Below, in pieces: positions 53,341 through 64,000 of a stretch of DNA of 64,000 nt. Numbering within the stretch: position 1 is the stretch's first letter; each line of letters starts with the position of its first letter. The stretch lies in the NCBI RefSeq assembly GCF_009914755.1, contig NC_060947.1. The stretch is one strand, 5' to 3'. The position numbers were made by a program, and so were the translations under genes. The stretch comes from the human T2T-CHM13v2.0 reference genome, Homo sapiens. The notes under the pieces were generated by a model. The model searched no databases and was not told the origin of the DNA. It worked only from the letters and a program-made list of their open reading frames with translations.

Positions 53341-55689
53341 TCAGTGCCATTGTTTCTGCTGCTCTTAAAACCACCCCCTGGCTTCTGGCAGTCACTTTTG
53401 ATACCTCTTCAAGCTTTCTTAACTCTCTCCCCCAGGGCTCTGATTCAGTCACTGCCTTCTCAAGGTGAGATTAGGGTTGCTGTTGGTGCTTTTCTCTCGT
53501 GTCCTATTCTTAGGCCTTCTGCTCATCCTGATTTTCTTAGAAACTCCTAAGAGTTTCTACACAGCAAGGCCCACATTATGTATTGTTGCAATCCCAACAT
53601 CTGACCCAGTGTTAACAAAATGTATGACTGAGAAGAAGCGTTCAACTAAAGCTTGTTAAAGGAACTGAATTTGTTACCTTGAAGTTGTCTCTCTGGACCT
53701 TGCAAGTCCCAGCCCATCCTTCTCCTAAGCTACCACCAATTAAACTCCTATGATATGCCAAGCATGGTGCTAAGTGATCTCATTTAGCCTTCACCACAAC
53801 TGCTTTTACAGATGAGATGAGAAAACTGAGGCCAAGAGAATGGGAAAAGATTTGCTTAACACCACACAGTAAGTCAATGACAGGGTGATAGGTGTTGTTG
53901 ATGCTGTGGGCCACATTAGTGGGGATGGATGTCACTCTCCTGCTAGACTAGCATTAATTCCCATGCCTAATAGCACACCTCAGCAAGATGGCTTTCAGAT
54001 GTGAGGGGTGGAGCCTAAGGCCATTGAATAGACTTAAGAGAAGTTTACTGCTTCAAAAACAGAAGGCAATCCCCTCTAGAGTCAGATATTCTTGGGACTG
54101 AATACCATCTCTGTCACTGATAACCATGTGAACTTGAGCAAGTCACTTCTACTTCTCCATTTTCATCTCTGTGAATTAGGATGATAATACCTACCTTGGA
54201 CAGGGGGCAGTGAAGGAGTGGCCAGTGGATTGTGAGGATTAAGTAAGATATATGTATATAAAATCATTTAATACCATATCTGGCACACAGTTTAGGTACT
54301 CAAAGAATGATAGTTTTCTTACGTATCAACCTTTGATTGGCCCAACTTCATTCCTGCTGGAGTTGATGGATCCTGATATTTTCATGAACATTCTCAACTT
54401 TTTGATCAGTCTTTTTGGCTTGTGCACAAGAAGTGGGATAGTCTTGGTGACACCAACCAAACTCCAAACTTCCTCACAGCCTCATATTATCTCTTGCACC
54501 ACGAAACTTTGACAACTAGGCACAGCTGACAAAACTGCCATTGTCTTTTTTTTTTCTCAACTCCATGTTCCATGTTCCTGAAGATAGGGCCCCTTTAAGA
54601 GTTCCTGAAAGACTCTTTAGGCTCCTTGTAACCTGACCATCCTCGTCGTTGGCAGACTGTGAATTTGGATTGGTGATGATGGTCATCATTAATTCAATTA
54701 TTTATATTTATGTAAAATTTTATACTTGGCTGAACACTTTTCCATACTTTATCTATTTTCACCTTTTTGATAGGCCTGGGATAGGCAGGGAGAATTATTT
54801 CCATTTTGCAGATGAGGTAACCAAGACTCAGCTGAAGCCTATTTCATCTCTTTATTTCCTCACCAACACCAATGTATTGATAGCATGTATATACCCAGAG
54901 CTCTAAAGAGAGATAAATCTGAGCCAAAGGAGTGGTAGGTTTGAGGAGGCCCTTAATCCCCCTTCATAATCTCCATCAGCCTTCCAAAGACACCCCAAAT
55001 ACACGTAAATTGTACATAAAATCGATGTACTTCTCCAGGTAAATGCAGCTTAAAGATAAACCTCTTAGTTCCACTTCTTCTTGCCTTCCCTAAGCCCCCT
55101 TATATGGAGATTCTGGAAACACTACTGTCAGGAAAGAATGGATAAGACTCAAAAGTTACCCTCTTTTCACCTCTTTCACTATAGCTGGCACCCTGACACT
55201 ATACATTGGCTCTGACATTGTTCCTGGCAGAAAGACAGCTTCTAAGTAAACTCAGAGCACCAGCTGCAGAGGAACTCAGATAGGAATTTTTGGGCCTGCC
55301 CCGGGCAAGGGGGAGGCTCTGGTTGTGAGCAGAATACATTAGGGCCCTAGGAGGATAAAGGCCCTGCTATCAGTGAGAACAATATTTCTGGGGAGTTGCC
55401 ATGGAGGCTACCTATGTACATCCATACCCAGGTGCCAATTATGCTAGGGGTGAGGCACTGGCAGGCATATAATCGTGGGAAAGCAGTTGCTATGAAGCAG
55501 AGGGCTGCAGGTTAGACTTAGAATGGCAGTTCAAAGCATTTAATGCCCAGTTTTCAGGGTTAGGGAGACTCAGCCTGAAAAAGTAGTACAGAAGAGACCC
55601 CTTTCCCTTTTTATACTTCATTCTTCTTCCCACTCTCGACTGCAGTGACATTCCTAGAATTTATGACATGGTTAATTGTCAGACATCAC

Positions 55690-56110
55690 CTAGAAGACTG
55701 TGTCAAGCTCTGAGTTCCACATTTTAATGCAGACACAGAAAATTAGGAACTCACACAAAGGGGAATAGGCATGCTGAAGAGTGAGATCCCAAAGACCCGT
55801 GAGGAACAATTGAAGGAAATGAGGCTGTTTGGCTGGAGGAAGAGAAGACTAATGGAGATATGGCATCTGGAAGGTATCTGAAGTACTTCTCGTCAGATAA
55901 AGAGAACAGCTAGGGGCTGGGGAACCCCAGGAGACAGAACAAAGATCTGTGGATAGACTCCACAGGGAGCAAAAATGTCACTCAATACAAAGAATAATTT
56001 TATCTCAGAGCAGTCCATGGATTAAATGGGCCATGTTCATAGGCAAAGATCTCCCCATCATTCTCAAGTGTTCTGAGAGTGATCTCCCCCATCAAGTGTT
56101 TGACAAGGGG
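55690..56110 (+). mobile_element. L3/CR1 LINE relic
   Basis: tgaggaacaattgaaggaaatgaggctgtttgg...gaagagaagact resembles the L3 3' region. An antisense L3-like relic is also present at ~9100-9500. Confidence 0.6.
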
Positions 56111-56430
56111 ATTGAAACATGACTGTTCAGGCATGAAACCCTGTGTTTCTGTTAATTATGATCATACAGCTGCTAAGAGATTGATTAAGGGCTTAAAATC
56201 TATGCATCCTGATGACTGATGTTGCACTTTTGATCTCAAATCTTACCTTTCGATGAGGGTGGCACACAGTTCAGCCCCAAGCTCTGGAAAAAGTAGAGAT
56301 CCTGCCAAAGGAAGATTTCATCCCCATTTTCCCAAACCTCATTTTCTCAACTCAGAAACATTTTCTATCATCATCTCCACCATGATGCTACTGCCCTAGG
56401 ACTCCTAAAAACTGTTCAAAGAAATAATCT

Positions 56431-56570
56431 CATATGTATACATGTGCCATGCTGGTGTGCTGCACCCATTGACTCGTCATTTAGCATTAGGTAACTAATC
56501 TGCACATTGTGCACGTGTACCCTAAAACTTAAAGTATAATAATAAAAAAAGATGATTATCAAAAAAAAAA
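56431..56570 (+). mobile_element. ~140-bp young L1 (L1PA3-like) 3' end with a 5' inversion (twin priming)
   Basis: Antisense piece 56431-56491 joined to sense piece 56491-56550 and A-tails. 17-bp TSD aaagaaataa(t/g)ctcata at 56418-56434 and 56571-56587. Confidence 0.95.
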
Positions 56571-56993
56571 AAAGAAATAAGCTCATAGGAGACTGAATTT
56601 TCAACGTTTCTCTTGGACCCTCTGCCTGCTTTCTCTTCAGCCCATCTGATTTCATTTCAACAGTAGCTACTACAGGGTATATGTGTCTGTGGGTTGTAGT
56701 ACAGTTGTGGGAAACAATAATTTCCCTAGTGTAAGCCGGCATGTAGGTAAGCTGAGAACCTACACTGCTCCTCAGCAGATGTGTCTCACATGTGCCCATT
56801 GCTTGAAGAGCTTTGGTTTCCACTTATTTTACTCAACAATTAATTTTCCTAATTTGGACTGGAAAGAAAAATAGGAGGAGGGGGACAAAAAGAGAAAACA
56901 ATCAAGAAAGGGCTGAAGAGGAGGGGTGGTGGGGGCACTAAAACCACTGCTATGTAACCAGCCAACAATGATACTACATGTTTATGGGCTTTG

Positions 56994-57018
56994 GTTGCCA
57001 TGGAGACAGTTACGTAAC
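56994..57018. promoter_or_regulatory. Candidate composite element: RFX X-box (GTTGCCATGGAGAC) plus PAR-bZIP/NFIL3 palindrome (GTTACGTAAC)
   Basis: Both motifs are read directly, 1 bp apart, in non-repetitive and locally CpG-retaining sequence. Function is not demonstrated. Confidence 0.55.
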
Positions 57019-57439
57019 TCCAACTGGTGGTGAAATTTCATACTGCTTGTGGTGGTGAGCGATATTTCAGTCACTTAGGGCTACTTTTAAAGAGAACAAA
57101 TAAAGTAGCTGAGGGGCCCTTTGTCTTGCTCACTACAACCCGAACTAAGTTTCGGCCCTGCACGCCAGTCATTTTCCAGTTTCCCGTGTGTAGCAAAATG
57201 TTCCCAATTATTCTCTGAGTAGAACTAGGCACTAACTCCTCTCCTCAGCCCAGAATGGCTAGGCGTAAGGCTCAAAGCAAAAAGAGAAAATAAATAAATA
57301 AAAAGGCCCCCTTTTGGGGTGGAAAGCCCGAGTGGAAAATTTCTGCTTGGAAAGCTTGTTTTTGGGAAAATTATGAGTTGAGGGGAGGGCATTTATTTTT
57401 CACTAGCACAGAGTCCAAAAGCTTGGTATGTTCTCTGTG

Positions 57440-57850
57440 TTCAATCTCTCTCTCTCTCTTGCTCACTATTGCTCTCTTTCTCTCACACACACACGTACAC
57501 ACACTTGAATTTGCACTCAATCTCATTCTTTCTTCTAAATACTTATATTCACTTGCATGCTCATGTAGATTCATGTCCACACATGTTCTACGAAAAACAT
57601 ACATATTTGATTCCACATACAATTCACACAAAAATACACATGTGCTTGAACACATAATTAATTTACTCATAATATGTACCTTGGCTTGTTCACATACAAC
57701 TCACTCATATATTCTCACTCTTACACACTTACATAGTAGACTGAACCTTGTGAAACTGCCATTGTTATAGTTTTGTTTACACACAGGGACATGCTGAAAT
57801 CTCTCACCCATACACATTACATCACTCACTCTTGCATATATCACTCACTC
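57440..57850. repeat. Degenerate (TC)/(CA)-rich low-complexity tract
   Basis: A (TC)n run followed by decayed CA/CACAT repeats. Confidence 0.7.
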
Positions 57851-58779
57851 AGTATGGAGACACTCTGGACCCAGAATTTTATAGTGTGTAAGCTGCTGGT
57901 TTTCCATCCATGATCTCACTGGGTCCTCAGAAGCCACCTTGGGAATGGAGGCAGGAATAAGGCTATTATTTCTATTACTCTGTCTATTAAAAGACAGAGT
58001 GTAAAGAATGGCCCGAGTTCACACAAGTACTAATCAGAGACTGGAACCCAGATCTTTATTTTGATGCCAAATTCAGTGTTATTGCCCCTGTGGCACCTGC
58101 CTGTCATGGGAAAAGTGGAGACATTTTGGTGAAAATACTCTGCATGAGGAATTGAGAATGTAAACTTTTGCCTCTGGTGAGCCATATCGGAGGTCGAGGC
58201 AAGGCTTTAGATGGTGTCTGTGGCCCCTTTCCTATGTCATCTAGCACTCGGGTAGAGGTCACTCCATTTAGCCAGATCAGCATTTCCCTCTGCTTCTCTA
58301 ATCTCCTCTGCCTCCCACTCTGCCTTGCTTGTCTGGTCAGTGAGAAATGGCAGTCTCTATGACACATCTTTCATTATTGCTTATAGAGTGACAACAGCTT
58401 GCCTGCATGGTGTACATAGGAGCAGGAGACTCAACGCCTTCCTGGAAGCTGAAGCAGCTCATCTATGCTGCCTATACTCTGGATAAATTGATAAGGAAAG
58501 AGTATTTCAGGGTCAGTTGGGTTCTCAGGACAAAGATATCTAAAAGGATTCTGGAGCAGTAGAATTCTAGAGTCAAAGTTGTCTGGAAATTTCTAATCTT
58601 AGAAGCTTCTGAGAGCCAAAGGTTTTAGGTTGAATGTTAGAGCTGAAAGTCTCTGGAGTTAGAGATTTGGATCTAAAATATCGGAATAGAGATGAGAGAA
58701 TTATGATGTATTTTGTTGTAGAGGAAGGGTGGTGTGAGGAGCTGCATTAAGTAGCCAAACTAAGCTAGCTAGATTCTTT

Positions 58780-59235
58780 TTGCTTCTTCAGATCTACTGT
58801 TCACCCTCCTCCAACCTGCTCTCTGACTCAGGAGGCTGACTTGTACTTTAACAGGTTCCAGTGCCCTCTGGCTTCCAGTTTGGTTTGCTCATGGAAAGCC
58901 CTGGCAGGAAATAGGAGGATGGGAGGAGAGTAAAGTCGGGGTCTTTACTCTCCCAGCTCCCTCCCTGTGGTGTTACCTTGAGCTGGCTGATCCTTTCAAC
59001 CAAAGATTACAGTGTCTTTCAAGGCAGCCTGTTCCACAGGAATCTTGCTTTCTAAATTTCAGTAACTGCTTCTTCCCAGCCCTCCAGGCTTAAGAGTGGT
59101 GACAAAGCCCACTGTGAGTACTTCACCATGCCTTGTGGTTCTTTTACACACCACTCACAACTTTGTAATTAGTCTCCTTATGAAACCCTTCTTTAATTCT
59201 CCTAATTTGCATGTGCTGTTTCCTTGTGGGACCAA
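58780..59235 (+). mobile_element. LTR33-like ERVL LTR
   Basis: Contains cctgctctctgactcaggaggctgac, gccctctggcttccagtttggtttg, gggaggagagtaaagtcggggtctttactc and ctttgtaattagtctcc. Confidence 0.7.
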
Positions 59236-62200
59236 CGTGTAAGGGAAATCTGTTGGAAACAGATTTGTTATTGCCCCTCTGAGTTCTAGATCTAAGTTAG
59301 GGTAAAGAGGAACCTGGTTTGATTTTCCTGCATTGGCCAAGGTGCCTTAAAATGCCCTACTCTTGTTATCCTGGGGACCTTCTCACAGTGGCCCTTTGGC
59401 AATACTCAAGATGTTTAGCTGATTGCCTTTCTAAGTCACAAGCTCATTCATTTTGAGGGCTTTGCCTCACCTATTGTGGAAACGTGTCCTTTCTATTATT
59501 TCAGCTTGCTTTCTACTTCATGTCTCTAATGAACAGGGTCTAGGGCCTGTTCATATGTTTTCCCTATGAGCTCTGGAAAGGGCCCAGAGAAAAATAATTG
59601 ATGAAACTGCACAGGGATGTTTGAGGGAGGCAAGATGCTAAGGGGTTCAAACATGGGTCAGGAAACAAAGAAAAAGGAAAGCCTTTCTGCTGCAACTGTC
59701 AGCATTTTCATCCGAGTTGCCTGAGCCTGCCCATGAAGTTAATCAGTTTTTCCCTTCTAGTGTCAGAAAGGCAGAAACAGGTCCAGAGAAGGAGAGATAT
59801 TTACTTGACAAAGGTTGCACAGCAAGTCAGGGCTGGAATCAGATGAGGACTTGAGAACCTTTGGTTCCTGCTGCTGGCTACACCATTTCCACTTAGAGCT
59901 CATGCCCTCCAACTCCTTCCTTTCATCCTTATTCTTAAAGGTAGGGTTTGAGGGAGAAGGACCACTTTCTTGACTTCACTCATCTCCTAGAAATCCACCA
60001 ATGTCCTTGGATTATCTTTTTTTTTTTTTTTTCTGTGAAAGACTGAAGAGGGCGATCTTAGACACCCTTAGCCTGGGCCTCTTTCTTCTTCCCTATTCCC
60101 AAGCACCCAATTTTCCCCACCACTGTTCACTATAATAACATCTTATTTGTATAGGAACTTCAGGGCTATTTAGATCAGAAGTTTCCAAATTTTGTTCTCC
60201 CAAGGTGCTTTAGGGCTACCATGGGGTTGATTGTGCTTGTGAATATAGTAATCGAGTAGGGCTCCAGGGTAGAATCCCCTCCCGTTAACAGCTACTATCC
60301 CTGCCATCATTTCCTCTGTTTTTTGTTGTTTGTTTTTGTTTGTTTGTTTGTTTTTTGGGTCTGTATATTGGGCATTTTTTTAAAGGAATTGTTTTTTTAA
60401 AGGAATTGTTGTCTAAAACAAACCTAAATCAGTGGTTTTTATTTACTCCAACTGCTTTGTTTTTCAGGAAACTGAGGCCCAGAGAAGGAAAATAATTTGT
60501 TCACAATCACACAGTAAATCAGTCAGTATCAGGTTCAGTCAGGCCAAGGCTAATCAAGATTCTCTCTACATGACCTTAATAAACTATCATTTAGCATCAA
60601 CCTCATAGCCTTCCCCGTAAGCAGCCTTTGGATGAATAGGGACTGGGACCAATACATTATGACCTAGAACCCTAGAACCCTAGAGGATATGGCTGTGAAA
60701 AGGGAGCTACCATCTTGGTGCTCATGGTGCCTGCAGGGAGAGGCCCATCCTGGGTAACTGCTTGGCATGCCTAGGTTTGAACTGCACAAGGTTGCCACCT
60801 CTGGCCTGGCAGTCTTCCCTTCTGCATCCAAAGTTCTCAGTCTACCATGGAGGTTTCCATCCAATCAAATACATTTTCTACTTGGAACACAAGCTTCAGC
60901 CATCCTAGCCACCACATGGTGACAGTTAGGCAAGGGTAAGAGGGATGTGTGTGTGTGGTGGTTGGGGGTGGATACTGTCTTCTAGGCCACAAAAATACCT
61001 TGGCTATTGCAGTAGCAAAGTGGTAGCAGAAGCTGTGTTTGGGACAAAGTATATTTGGGGAAATCTTACAGGTCACTGTCCACTGCCAGAGAATTACAAA
61101 ATGTTGCTCTCTTCTCAGGCCTAAATCATCGGACAAAATGGTGAGCTGGGAGGGTTACAGCAGTGGGAAATAGGAATCTCTTGCATCCTGTTGTAGCGTG
61201 TAAACTGCCCTGGCCTTCCCCCAATGGGGTCTCACGTCCATGTCCTGTACCTCCTTTTCTCTCTCCTGGGTATTCTGGAAAGAAGACTCTGGGGCAGTCA
61301 ATCATTTATGACTCATCTCCTAAGTGTGCTTGCATGCTGTGGGCTGAGGACATTCTCAACTGTCAGAGTTGATTTTTCTGAAACATCACTGGGCACTTGG
61401 ATGCCCAACAAAACAATCAGGATAGAACTAGGGAAAATATTGCTGGATACTGTCTGAAATCCCCAGAGCTAAAGTAGTGAGAGAGTAAAGTCCAAAGTTT
61501 CATCCATTTCTTGCCCATTCTACCCTGGAGCACTACTGCTGGGCGAGGGATAACCTAAGGCTGGCTATAAAGCTTTGCCTGCTCTCTGAAAAGTGGATTC
61601 TGATTCTAAGGGTGAAAAAAGTGAGGTCAAGACAAGCAAATACACTACTCTTTGTATATCAGGTTCAGCTCTCCTCAAGGATAGGAGAGGAAATTGTGAA
61701 ATGAATGGTGGAGGCAATTGTGACCTGGAGAAACAGTAATCTACCCTGAGAAAGGGCAGACAAAGACATGGGTAATGAAGGCACTTGTCACACAAACAGG
61801 AAGACTTTGGCCAGCTCACCAAGGAATTAAATTAAACTTATAGTAGACACTAACTTACATATAAAATAGCAAAAATTGCTATGTATTAGGAAAGTAGGAA
61901 AGTAAGTTTGGAAATGCAAAGAGAGAATCTCAGCTGGCTGATAAAGCAATTTGAATGAACTTCCTACAAACATGGAAATCGTAGACTTTGTGTGGATTGT
62001 TAGGTGTGAGTGGAAGTTGTTTATGGTCTTCATAAGGGTCAAAACTCAGGATAAAAAAAGATGGCACTGGACTCAAGCTATACCTCCTTCACCAGCTTCC
62101 AAGTCCTAAGTGCCTTACAATGTCCAGCCTGCTGTTGGCATTCAGCAAAGGAGATTTATTATTATGCTCATTGGATGAGACAGGCAGGAGTCATGAGTCT

Positions 62201-62790
62201 TGGCAGGAAAACAAGGCCAAAAGATTTGCTTTAACTAAAAGTCGTATAACTTGAAAGGTTTATTGCTGAACTGATTATGTAATGTAGCTTCGAAAGAGCA
62301 CTATTTAAGATAAAGATTTGAAGCCCTCAGGCAGGTTTGGAAAGAGAGTTGGGAAAAGGCCGGAACGCATTAATGGGCCATTTAAGAACTGCCTGCCTCC
62401 TAAACCTATTTTCAGACTGTGAAGCAGGAAGGCAGTGAGGCATGGTAAAGGGCACTAATTTGAAGTCAGAAGACCTGGGCTGTGCCAATGACTCATTGTA
62501 ATCTTGGGAAAGTCCTTTCCCTTCTCTAGACATCAGGGTCTCATTCACACTGGGTAAAGGGGTGGGGGTGGAAAGCAGGAATTAGACTTGATAACTACTA
62601 AAGGCCCTTTTAGATTTGACATTTTAGGCTTAATTATAACTCCACCTTCCACACCCAGGTGTGGAATTATAACTCCACCTCCCACAATCTCCAGGATGCA
62701 CCAAAGGACCTAACTGGACCAAACCTCCGGTGAGCAATCCTCTCTTGGTCCCTTCTCTTTTAGTCATATCCAGTTTTTCTTGGCCTACTC

Positions 62791-62929
62791 CAGTAGTTTT
62801 CTACTCTGGCAGTCCATTAGACTCACACAGGAAACTTTAAAAATGCCAAGACTCAGGATCCACCTCCAGAGATTCTGACATAAAAACTCCCCTGGTAATT
62901 CCAATGGGCAGCCAGGGTAAAAACCACTG
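62791..62929. mobile_element. MER5-like hAT-Charlie relic
   Basis: Degenerate termini cagtagttttc ... aaaaccactg, with internal ccagagattctga and ctggtaattccaatgggcagccaggg. Confidence 0.7.
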
Positions 62930-63019
62930 GCTTAAAATTTTGTGCTATTTGGTGAGGGGTTGAACTTATGTTCATCTCCAAGTATCTTCATTTACTCAGT
63001 TATTCAGTCATTCTTTCTG

Positions 63020-64000
63020 TCTTTTTAAAATCATCTTTATAAAAAATATAGTTTATGTACTATACAATTCACCCATTTAAAATGTACAGTTAAACAATTT
63101 TAGTGTATTCACAGATATGTACAACCATCGCCACAGCCAAATTTAGAACATTTTCATCATGTCAAAAAGAAACCACATACCCTTTAACTATTGTCTACCT
63201 ATCAACTGCATCCCACTTCACATCTCTAAGCAATCATTAATCTACTCTCTGTCTCCATAGAGTTCTTGACTACAGCATTCCACATGAATGGGATCATATA
63301 ACAGGTAATCTTTTTTGACTGACTTATTTCACTTAGCATAATGTTTTCAAGGTTTGTTCATGCTGAACAGTATTTCATTTCTTTTTATGGTTGAATAATA
63401 TTACATAGTATGAATATACCACCTTTTCTTATCTGTTGAGCTGATGGACATTTGAGTTGCTTCTACCTTTCAACTATCATGAATAATGCTGCTGTAGCAT
63501 TTGTGTACAAGTTTCTGTCTGGGTACATATTTTTATTTCTTTTGGCTATGTACCTAGGACTGGAATTAGTGAGTCATCTGATAACTTTATCTTTAATTAT
63601 TTGAGAAGCTGTCAGACTGTTCTCCAAGGTGGCTGCACCATTTTGCATTCCTACCAGCAATGTAAAAAAGTTCTAATTTCTCTATATCCTTGCTGACACT
63701 TCTTTGTTATCTGAGTTTTTCATTCTATACATCCTAGTAGGCAGGAAGTGATATCTCATTGTGGTTTTGATTTGCATTTCCCAGGTGACTAACAATGTTT
63801 AGTATCTTTTCATGTGTTTATTGACCATTTATATATCTGTAGAGAAATGTCTACTCAGGTACTTTGCCCATTTTAATTGGCTTATTTGTCCTTTTATTGT
63901 TGATTTGTAAGAGTTCCTTATATATTCTAGATACATGTCGCTTATCAGATATATGGTTCAAAATTGTTTTTCATTCTTTGCTTTGTCTTTCCACTTTCTT
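63020..64000 (-). mobile_element. L1MB-type 3' end (antisense), running off the window
   Basis: Contains atacaattcacccatttaaaatgtacag, ttagaacattttcatca and gtggttttgatttgcatttccc. Confidence 0.9.

Noticed and set aside
56416-56823. 135-aa minus-strand ORF
   Set aside because: It has a non-ATG start, runs through the poly(T) and the mini-L1, and shows no recognisable protein features.
57255-57270. atggctaggc/gtaagg as a possible coding first exon with a splice donor near the regulatory candidate
   Set aside because: The donor context is weak and no downstream exon can be identified. It cannot be supported without transcript data.
57371-57770. His/Thr-rich ORFs up to 130 aa
   Set aside because: They are a by-product of degenerate CA-rich low-complexity sequence.

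Overview
This is primate, probably hominoid, euchromatic non-coding DNA: CpG-poor and very rich in MIR and L2, consistent with a large intron or intergenic interval. I find no supportable protein-coding exon, RNA gene or CRISPR-type system. The ORF-track entries are decayed L1 ORF1/ORF2 fragments, Alu, LTR or simple-repeat read-throughs, or chance ORFs. The window is a stack of nested transposon fossils: old L1M, an L1PA 5' segment carrying an AluY, solo LTRs (LTR1-like, MLT2, MER67-like, MLT1, LTR33-like), Alu/FLAM, hAT/Tigger relics, L2, L3 and many MIRs, of which only representative copies are listed. Repeat family names come from recalled consensus sequences, not from a RepeatMasker run, so subfamily calls and most boundaries are approximate. 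I cannot support a new biological system here. The most notable signals are small-scale DNA-repair and retrotransposition signatures: a 24-bp fold-back hairpin, a templated copy of an LTR end 3.9 kb from its donor, a twin-primed mini-L1 with a candidate 10-nt 3' transduction, and L1 pieces lacking poly(A) and TSD. There is also a non-repetitive, CpG-enriched segment near 57 kb with an RFX X-box next to a perfect PAR-bZIP palindrome.
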